Assembly: GCA_964057225.1 (NCBI GenBank)
Contig: OZ059900.1
Location: 4,526,001-4,590,000, forward strand
Length of the DNA stretch: 64,000 bases
Reading direction: 5' to 3'
Origin: Auanema rhodensis
Taxonomy: Eukaryota; Animalia; Nematoda
The notes under the pieces are model-generated. The model saw only the letters and a program-made list of their open reading frames with translations, was not told the origin of the DNA and searched no databases. Made by a program: the position numbers and the translations under genes. Shown in pieces: positions 54,054 through 64,000 of this stretch; position 1 is the stretch's first letter; every line of letters starts with the position of its first letter.

Positions 54054-57000
54054 GATACTTAGGTGGTATAGCTACCTGTTCACAAAAAATTGGAAGTCTT
54101 GGTTACCATGCATCAAATCCTTTAAGATAGTGTTTCTAGACTAATATAACCATGGAGACTTCATTAAATTTCACAGTATTCTTCTATCTTCAACGGTATC
54201 CGAGTTACAAATCAAGATCACTTTCTTTGGATACTTAGGTGGTATAGCTACCTGTTCACAAAAAATTGGAAGTCGTGGTTACCATGCATCAAACACAATA
54301 AGATAGTGTTTCTAGACTAATATAACCATGGGGACTTCATTAAAATTAACAGTATTCTTCTATCTTCAACGGTATCCGAGTTACAGATCAAGATCACTTT
54401 CTTTGGATACTTAGGTGATATAGCTACCTGTTCACAAAAAATTGGAAGTCCTATTTACCATGCATCAAACACAATACGATAGTGTTTCTAGACTAATATG
54501 ACCATGGGGACTTCATTAAAATTAACAGTATTGTTTTATCTTTAACGGTATCCGAGTTACAAATCAAGATCACTTTCTTTGGATACTTAGGTGGTATAGC
54601 TACCTGTTCACAAAAAATTGGAAGTCTTGGTTACCATGCATCAAATCCTTTAAGATAGTGTTTCTAGACTAATATAACCATGGGGACTTCATTAAATTTC
54701 ACAGTATTCTTCTATCTTCAACGGTATCCGAGTTACAAATCAAGATCACTTTCTTTGGATACTTAGGTGGTATAGCTACCTGTTCACAAAAAATTGGAAG
54801 TCCTGGTTACCATGCATCAAACCCATTAAGATTGTGTTTCTAGACTAATATGACCATGAGAAATTGATTTAAGTTCACAGTATTCTTCTATCTTTAACGG
54901 TATCCGAGTTACAAATCAAGATCACTTTCTTTGGATACTTAGGTGGTATAGCTACCTGTTCACAAAAAATTGGAAGTCCTATTTACCCATGCATCAAACC
55001 CATCAAGATTGTGTTTCTAGACTAATATGACCATGGGAAATTTATTTAAGTTCACAGTATTCTTTTATCTTCAACGGTATCCGAGTTACAAATCAAGATC
55101 ACTTTCTTTGGATACTTATGTGGTATAGCTACCTGTTCACAAAAAATTGGAAGTCTTGGTTACCATGCATCAAATCCTTTAAGATAGTGTTTCTAGACTA
55201 ATATAACCATGGGGACTTCATCAAACTTCACAGTATTCTTCTATCTTTAACGGTATCCGAGTTACAAATCAAGATCACTTTCTTTGGATACTTAGGTGGT
55301 ATAGCTACCTGTTCACAAAAAATTGGAAGTCTTGGTTACCATGCATCACATCCTTTGAGATAGTGTTTCTAGACTAATATGACCATGGGGACTTCATTAA
55401 AATTCACAGTATTCTTCCATCTTTAACAGTATCCGAGTTACAAATCAAGATCACTTTCTTTGGATACTTAGGTGGTATAGCTACCTGTTCACAAAAAATT
55501 GGAAGTCCTGGTTACCATGCATCAAACCCATTAAGATTGTGTTTCTAGACTAATATGACCATGAGAAATTAATTTAAGTTCACAGTATTCTTCTATCTTT
55601 AACGGTATCCGAGTTACAAATCAAGATCACTTTCTTTGGATACTTAGGTGGTATAGCTACCTGTTCACAAAAAATTGGAAGTCCTATTTACCCATGCATC
55701 AAACACAATACGATAGTGTTTCTAGACTAATATGACCATGGGGAGTTCATTAAAATTAACAGTATTCTTTTATCTTTAACGGTATCCGAGTTACAAATCA
55801 AGATCACTCTCTTTGGATACTTAGGTGGTATAGCTACCTGTTCACAAAAAATTGGAAGTCTTGGTTACCATGCATCAAATCCTTTAAGATAGTGTTTCTA
55901 GACTAATATAACCATGGAGACTTCATTAAATTTCACAGTATTCTTCTATCTTCAACGGTATCCGAGTTACAAATCAAGATCACTTTCTTTGGATACTTAG
56001 GTGGTATAGCTACCTGTTCACAAAAAATTGGAAGTCGTGGTTACCATGCATCAAACACAATAAGATAGTGTTTCTAGACTAATATAACCATGGGGACTTC
56101 ATTAAAATTAACAGTATTCTTCTATCTTCAACGGTATCCGAGTTACAGATCAAGATCACTTTCTTTGGATACTTAGGTGATATAGCTACCTGTTCACAAA
56201 AAATTGGAAGTCCTATTTACCATGCATCAAACACAATACGATAGTGTTTCTAGACTAATATGACCATGGGGACTTCATTAAAATTAACAGTATTCTTTTA
56301 TCTTTAACGGTATCCGAGTTACAAATCAAGATCACTTTCTTTGGATACTTAGGTGGTATAGCTACCTGTTCACAAAAAATTGGAAGTCTTGGTTACCATG
56401 CATCAAATCCTTTAAGATAGTGTTTCTAGACTAATATAACCATGGGGACTTCATTAAATTTCACAGTATTCTTCTATCTTCAACGGTATCCGAGTTACAA
56501 ATCAAGATCACTTTCTTTGGATACTTAGGTGGTATAGCTACCTGTTCACAAAAAATTGGAAGTCCTGGTTACCATGCATCAAACCCATTAAGATTGTGTT
56601 TCTAGACTAATATGACCATGAGAAATTGATTTAAGTTCACAGTATTCTTCTATCTTTAACGGTATCCGAGTTACAAATCAAGATCACTTTCTTTGGATAC
56701 TTAGGTGGTATAGCTACCTGTTCACAAAAAATTGGAAGTCCTATTTACCCATGCATCAAACACAATACGATAGTGTTTCTAGACTAATATGACCATGGGG
56801 AGTTCATTAAAATTAACAGTATTCTTTTATCTTTAACGGTATCCGAGTTACAAATCAAGATCACTCTCTTTGGATACTTAGGTGGTATAGCTACCTGTTC
56901 ACAAAAAATTGGAAGTCTTGGTTACCATGCATCAAATCCTTTAAGATTGTGTTTCTAGACTAATATGACCATGGGAAATTTATTTAAGTTCACAGTATTC

Positions 57001-60000
57001 TTTTATCTTCAACGGTATCCGAGTTACAAATCAAGATCACTTTCTTTGGATACTTATGTGGTATAGCTACCTGTTCACAAAAAATTGGAAGTCTTGGTTA
57101 CCATGCATCAAATCCTTTAAGATAGTGTTTCTAGACTAATATAACCATGGGGACTTCATCAAACTTCACAGTATTCTTCTATCTTTAACGGTATCCGAGT
57201 TACAAATCAAGATCACTTTCTTTGGATACTTAGGTGGTATAGCTACCTGTTCACAAAAAATTGGAAGTCTTGGTTACCATGCATCACATCCTTTGAGATA
57301 GTGTTTCTAGACTAATATGACCATGGGGACTTCATTAAAATTCACAGTATTCTTCCATCTTTAACAGTATCCGAGTTACAAATCAAGATCACTTTCTTTG
57401 GATACTTAGGTGGTATAGCTACCTGTTCACAAAAAATTGGAAGTCCTGGTTACCATGCATCAAACCCATTAAGATTGTGTTTCTAGACTAATATGACCAT
57501 GAGAAATTAATTTAAGTTCACAGTATTCTTCTATCTTTAACGGTATCCGAGTTACAAATCAAGATCACTTTCTTTGGATACTTAGGTGGTATAGCTACCT
57601 GTTCACAAAAAATTGGAAGTCCTATTTACCCATGCATCAAACACAATACGATAGTGTTTCTAGACTAATATGACCATGGGGAGTTCATTAAAATTAACAG
57701 TATTCTTTTATCTTTAACGGTATCCGAGTTACAAATCAAGATCACTCTCTTTGGATACTTAGGTGGTATAGCTACCTGTTCACAAAAAATTGGAAGTCTT
57801 GGTTACCATGCATCAAATCCTTTAAGATAGTGTTTCTAGACTAATATAACCATGGAGACTTCATTAAATTTCACAGTATTCTTCTATCTTCAACGGTATC
57901 CGAGTTACAAATCAAGATCACTTTCTTTGGATACTTAGGTGGTATAGCTACCTGTTCACAAAAAATTGGAAGTCGTGGTTACCATGCATCAAACACAATA
58001 AGATAGTGTTTCTAGACTAATATAACCATGGGGACTTCATTAAAATTAACAGTATTCTTCTATCTTCAACGGTATCCGAGTTACAGATCAAGATCACTTT
58101 CTTTGGATACTTAGGTGATATAGCTACCTGTTCACAAAAAATTGGAAGTCCTATTTACCATGCATCAAACACAATACGATAGTGTTTCTAGACTAATATG
58201 ACCATGGGGACTTCATTAAAATTAACAGTATTCTTTTATCTTTAACGGTATCCGAGTTACAAATCAAGATCACTTTCTTTGGATACTTAGGTGGTATAGC
58301 TACCTGTTCACAAAAAATTGGAAGTCTTGGTTACCATGCATCAAATCCTTTAAGATAGTGTTTCTAGACTAATATAACCATGGGGACTTCATTAAATTTC
58401 ACAGTATTCTTCTATCTTCAACGGTATCCGAGTTACAAATCAAGATCACTTTCTTTGGATACTTAGGTGGTATAGCTACCTGTTCACAAAAAATTGGAAG
58501 TCCTGGTTACCATGCATCAAACCCATTAAGATTGTGTTTCTAGACTAATATGACCATGAGAAATTGATTTAAGTTCACAGTATTCTTCTATCTTTAACGG
58601 TATCCGAGTTACAAATCAAGATCACTTTCTTTGGATACTTAGGTGGTATAGCTACCTGTTCACAAAAAATTGGAAGTCCTATTTACCCATGCATCAAACA
58701 CAATACGATAGTGTTTCTAGACTAATATGACCATGGGGAGTTCATTAAAATTAACAGTATTCTTTTATCTTTAACGGTATCCGAGTTACAAATCAAGATC
58801 ACTCTCTTTGGATACTTAGGTGGTATAGCTACCTGTTCACAAAAAATTGGAAGTCTTGGTTACCATGCATCAAATCCTTTAAGATAGTGTTTCTAGACTA
58901 ATATAACCATGGAGACTTCATTAAATTTCACAGTATTCTTCTATCTTCAACGGTATCCGAGTTACAAATCAAGATCACTCTCTTTGGATACTTAGGTGGT
59001 ATAGCTACCTGTTCACAAAAAATTGGAAGTCTTGGTTACCATGCATCAAACACAATAAGATAGTGTTTCTAGACTAATATAACCATGGGGACTTCATTAA
59101 AATTAACAGTATTCTTCTATCTTCAACGGTATCCGAGTTACAGATCAAGATCACTTTCTTTGGATACTTAGGTGATATAGCTACCTGTTCACAAAAAATT
59201 GGAAGTCCTATTTACCATGCATCAAACACAATACGATAGTGTTTCTAGACTAATATGACCATGAAGACTTCATTAAAATTAACAGTATTCTTTTATCTTT
59301 AACGGTATCCGAGTTACAAATCAAGATCACTTTCTTTGGATACTTAGGTGGTATAGCTACCTGTTCACAAAAAATTGGAAGTCTTGGTTACCATGCATCA
59401 AATCCTTTAAGATAGTGTTTCTAGACTAATATAACCATGGGGACTTTATTAAATTTCACAGTATTCTTCTATCTTCAACGGTATCCGAGTTACAAATCAA
59501 GATCTCTTTCTTTGGATACTTAGGTGGTATAGCTACCTGTTCACAAAAAATTGGAAGTCCTGGTTACCATGCATCAAACCCATTAAGATTGTGTTTCTAG
59601 ACTAATATGACCATGAGAAATTGATTTAAGTTCACAGTATTCTTCTATCTTTAACGGTATCCGAGTTACAAATCAAGATCACTTTCTTTGGATACTTAGG
59701 TGGTATAGCTACCTGTTCACAAAAAATTGGAAGTCCTATTTACCCATGCATCAAACACAATACGATAGTGTTTCTAGACTAATATGACCATGGGGAGTTC
59801 ATTAAAATTAACAGTATTCTTTTATCTTTAACGGTATCCGAGTTACAAATCAAGATCACTCTCTTTGGATACTTAGGTGGTATAGCTACCTGTTCACAAA
59901 AAATTGGAAGTCTTGGTTACCATGCATCAAATCCTTTAAGATAGTGTTTCTAGACTAATATAACCATGGAGACTTCATTAAATTTCACAGTATTCTTCTA

Positions 60001-62332
60001 TCTTCAACGGTATCCGAGTTACAAATCAAGATCACTTTCTTTGGATACTTAGGTGGTATAGCTACCTGTTCACAAAAAATTGGAAGTCGTGGTTACCATG
60101 CATCAAACACAATAAGATAGTGTTTCTAGACTAATATAACCATGGGGACTTCATTAAAATTAACAGTATTCTTCTATCTTCAACGGTATCCGAGTTACAG
60201 ATCAAGATCACTTTCTTTGGATACTTAGGTGATATAGCTACCTGTTCACAAAAAATTGGAAGTCCTATTTACCATGCATCAAACACAATACGATAGTGTT
60301 TCTAGACTAATATGACCATGGGGACTTCATTAAAATTAACAGTATTCTTTTATCTTTAACGGTATCCGAGTTACAAATCAAGATCACTTTCTTTGGATAC
60401 TTAGGTGGTATAGCTACCTGTTCACAAAAAATTGGAAGTCTTGGTTACCATGCATCAAACACAATACGATAGTGTTTCTAGACTAATATGACCATGGGGA
60501 GTTCATTAAAATTAACAGTATTCTTTTATCTTTAACGGTATCCGAGTTACAAATCAAGATCACTCTCTTTGGATACTTAGGTGGTATAGCTACCTGTTCA
60601 CAAAAAATTGGAAGTCTTGGTTACCATGCATCAAATCCTTTAAGATAGTGTTTCTAGACTGATATAACCATGGAGACTTCATTAAATTTCACAGTATTCT
60701 TCTATCTTCAACGGTATCCGAGTTACAAATCAAGATCACTTTCTTTGGATACTTAGGTGGTATAGCTACCTGTTCACAAAAAATTGGAAGTCGTGGTTAC
60801 CATGCATCAAACACAATAAGATAGTGTTTCTAGACTAATATAACCATGGGGACTTCATTAAAATTAACAGTATTCTTCTATCTTCAACGGTATCCGAGTT
60901 ACAGATCAAGATCACTTTCTTTGGATACTTAGGTGATATAGCTACCTGTTCACAAAAAATTGGAAGTCCTATTTACCATGCATCAAACACAATACGATAG
61001 TGTTTCTAGACTAATATTACCATGGGGACTTCATTAAAATTAACAGTATTCTTTTATCTTTAACGGTATCCGAGTTACAAATCAAGATCACTTTCTTTGG
61101 ATACTTAGGTGGTATAGCTACCTGTTCACAAAAAATTGGAAGTCTTGGTTACCATGCATCAAATCCTTTAAGATAGTGTTTCTAGACTAATATAACCATG
61201 GGGACTTTATTAAATTTCACAGTATTCTTCTATCTTCAACGGTATCCGAGTTACAAATCAAGATCACTTTCTTTGGATACTTAGGTGGTATAGCTACCTG
61301 TTCACAAAAAATTGGAAGTCCTGGTTACCATGCATCAAACCCATTAAGATTGTGTTTCTAGACTAATATGACCATGAGAAATTGATTTAAGTTCACAGTA
61401 TTCTTCTATCTTTAACGGTATCCGAGTTACAAATCAAGATCACTTTCTTTGGATACTTAGGTGGTATAGCTACCTGTTCACAAAAAATTGGAAGTCCTAT
61501 TTACCCATGCATCAAACACAATACGATAGTGTTTCTAGACTAATATGACCATGGGGAGTTCATTAAAATTAACAGTATTCTTTTATCTTTAACGGTATCC
61601 GAGTTACAAATCAAGATCACTCTCTTTGGATACTTAGGTGGTATAGCTACCTGTTCACAAAAAATTGGAAGTCTTGGTTACCATGCATCAAATCCTTTAA
61701 GATAGTGTTTCTAGACTAATATAACCATGGAGACTTCATTAAATTTCACAGTATTCTTCTATCTTCAACGGTATCCGAGTTACAAATCAAGATCACTTTC
61801 TTTGGATACTTAGGTGGTATAGCTACCTGTTCACAAAAAATTGGAAGTCGTGGTTACCATGCATCAAACACAATAAGATAGTGTTTCTAGACTAATATAA
61901 CCATGGGGACTTCATTAAAATTAACAGTATTCTTCTATCTTCAACGGTATCCGAGTTACAGATCAAGATCACTTTCTTTGGATACTTAGGTGATATAGCT
62001 ACCTGTTCACAAAAAATTGGAAGTCCTATTTACCATGCATCAAACACAATACGATAGTGTTTCTAGACTAATATGACCATGGGGACTTCATTAAAATTAA
62101 CAGTATTCTTTTATCTTTAACGGTATCCGAGTTACAAATCAAGATCACTTTCTTTGGATACTTAGGTGGTATAGCTACCTGTTCACAAAAAATTGGAAGT
62201 CTTGGTTACCATGCATCAAATCCTTTAAGATAGTGTTTCTAGACTAATATAACCATGGGGACTTCATTAAATTTCACAGTATTCTTCTATCTTCAACGGT
62301 ATCCGAGTTACAAATCAAGATCACTTTCTTTG
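53701..62332. repeat. Domain dominated by a 6-monomer HOR (B'/B''-H-D'-I-G-D, 1057 bp)
   Basis: Units start at 53701, 55463, 57401, 58458, 59515 and 61276. The starts 57401, 58458 and 59515 are exactly 1057 apart. Truncated units are interspersed. Confidence 0.88.
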
Positions 62333-64000
62333 GATACTTAGGTGGTATAGCTACCTGTTCACAAAAAATTGGAAGTCGTGGTTACCATGCATCAAACACA
62401 ATAAGATAGTGTTTCTAGACTAATATAACCATGGGGACTTCATTAAAATTAACAGTATTCTTCTATCTTCAACGGTATCCGAGTTACAGATCAAGATCAC
62501 TTTCTTTGGATACTTAGGTGATATAGCTACCTGATCACAAAAAATTGGAAGTCCTATTTACCATGCATCAAACACAATACGATAGTGTTTCTAGACTAAT
62601 ATGACCATGGGGACTTCATTAAAATTAACAGTATTCTTTTATCTTTAACGGTATCCGAGTTACAAATCAAGATCACTTTCTTTGGATACTTAGGTGGTAT
62701 AGCTACCTGTTCACAAAAAATTGGAAGTCTTGGTTACCATGCATCAAATCCTTTAAGATAGTGTTTCTAGACTAATATAACCATGGAGACTTCATTAAAC
62801 TTCACAGTATTCTTCTATCTTCAACGGTATCCGAGTTACAAATCAAGATCACTTTCTTTGGATACTTAGGTGGTATAGCTACCTGTTCACAAAAAATTGG
62901 AAGTCGTGGTTACCATGCATCAAACACAATAAGATAGTGTTTCTAGACTAATATAACCATGGGGACATCATTAAAATTAACAGTATTCTTCTATCTTCAA
63001 CGGTATCCGAGTTACAGATCAAGATCACTTTCTTTGGATACTTAGGTGGTATAGCTACCTGTTCACAAAAAATTGGAAGTCGTGGTTACCATGCATCAAA
63101 CACAATAAGATAGTGTTTCTAGACTAATATAACCATGGGGACTTCATTAAAATTAACAGTATTCTTCTATCTTCAACGGTATCCGAGTTACAGATCAAGA
63201 TCACTTTCTTTGGATACTTAGGTGGTATAGCTACCTGTTCACAAAAAATTGGAAGTCGTGGTTACCATGCATCAAACACAATAAGATAGTGTTTCTAGAC
63301 TAATATAACCATGGGGACTTCATTAAAATTAACAGTATTCTTCTATCTTCAACGGTATCCGAGTTACAGATCAAGATCACTTTCTTTGGATACTTAGGTG
63401 GTATAGCTACCTGTTCACAAAAAATTGGAAGTCTTGGTTACCATGCATCAAATCCTTTAAGATAGTGTTTCTAGACTAATATAACCATGGAGACTTCATT
63501 AAACTTCACAGTATTCTTCTATCTTCAACGGTATCCGAGTTACAAATCAAGATCACTTTCTTTGGATACTTAGGTGGTATAGCTACCTGTTCACAAAAAA
63601 TTGGAAGTCGTGGTTACCATGCATCAAACACAATAAGATAGTGTTTCTAGACTAATATAACCATGGAGACTTCATTAAACTTCACAGTATTCTTCTATCT
63701 TCAACGGTATCCGAGTTACAAATCAAGATCACTTTCTTTGGATACTTAGGTGGTATAGCTACCTGTTCACAAAAAATTGGAAGTCGTGGTTACCATGCAT
63801 CAAACACAATAAGATAGTGTTTCTAGACTAATATAACCATGGGGACTTCATTAAAATTAACAGTATTCTTCTATCTTCAACGGTATCCGAGTTACAGATC
63901 AAGATCACTTTCTTTGGATACTTAGGTGATATAGCTACCTGATCACAAAAAATTGGAAGTCCTATTTACCCATGCATCAAACACAATACGATAGTGTTTC
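62333..64000. repeat. I/D'-rich low-order segment
   Basis: Order I-G-D'-I-I-I-D'-(I/D')-I-(G/H partial). Private CTGATC occurs in the monomers at 62509 and 63917 (1408 apart). Confidence 0.75.

Larger units (their letters stand above)
1..64000. repeat. 176-bp tandem satellite array (about 363.5 monomers, single orientation), centromeric/pericentromeric-type
   Basis: GATACTTAGG recurs at 1, 177, 353, 529 ... 63741, 63917. Representative monomer (type A): GATACTTAGGTGGTATAGCTACCTGTTCACAAAAAATTGGAAGTCCTGGTTACCATGCATCAAACCCATTAAGATTGTGTTTCTAGACTAATATGACCATGATGACTTCATTAAATTTCACAGTATTCTTCTATCTTCAACGGTATCCGAGTTACAAATCAAGATCACTTTCTTTG. The satellite is seen directly. The centromeric role is inferred from the nucleosome-sized monomer, the homogeneity and the HOR structure. 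Confidence 0.98.

Noticed and set aside
1-64000. CRISPR-like array (conserved block alternating with variable block)
   Set aside because: The variable parts are homologous alleles of one sequence, not unique spacers. The 176-bp period is far too long, and there are no cas genes or leader.
1-64000. Protein-coding repeat ORF
   Set aside because: The monomer has stops in all three + frames (TAG at 7, TAG at 84, TAA at 89) and all three - frames (TTA at 6, CTA at 19, TTA at 50 on the + strand). Also, 176 is not a multiple of 3.
1-64000. Embedded retrotransposon, unique island or inversion
   Set aside because: Monomer phase is fully accounted for by 363x176 plus 28 identified single-base insertions, and no reverse-oriented monomers were seen.

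Overview
The whole window is one uninterrupted head-to-tail array of an AT-rich 176-bp satellite. It holds 363 complete monomers (first at 1, second at 177) plus a partial one starting at 63917, all in the same orientation. The phase arithmetic closes exactly: 63916 = 363x176 + 28, and I can place all 28 extra bases (25 monomers with TTTACCC and 3 with TAAGTTTTCT). That leaves no room for a transposon or unique insertion, and I saw no inversion. Conserved stop codons fall in all six frames of the monomer, so there are no genes. Each monomer has a nearly invariant block of about 83 bp (positions 139-176 plus 1-45) and a variable block (46-138) that defines about 10 recurring monomer types. These types form irregular, nested higher-order repeats (HORs) with periods of 6, 8, 10, 18, 21, 25, 34 and 64 monomers, and private variants mark successive local domains. 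The picture fits a recently homogenised eukaryotic centromeric or pericentromeric satellite, probably plant. I could not confidently name the family or organism. Monomer typing was done by eye and should be confirmed computationally. Type letters used below: A=CCTGG/AAACCCATTAAGATT/GATGACTTC; B=GAGAAATTCATTTAAG (B' AATTAA, B'' AATTGA); C=CGAACCC/TAGTC; D=CTTGG/AAATCCTTTAAG (D' GGAGAC, Dc AAACTTC); E=AAGATAG/GGGAAATT/TTCCAT; F=CACATCCTTTGAG; G=TGATA/CCTATTT/ACAATACG; H=CCTATTTACCC/GGGGAGTT (177 bp); I=CGTGG/ACAATAAG/CAGATC.
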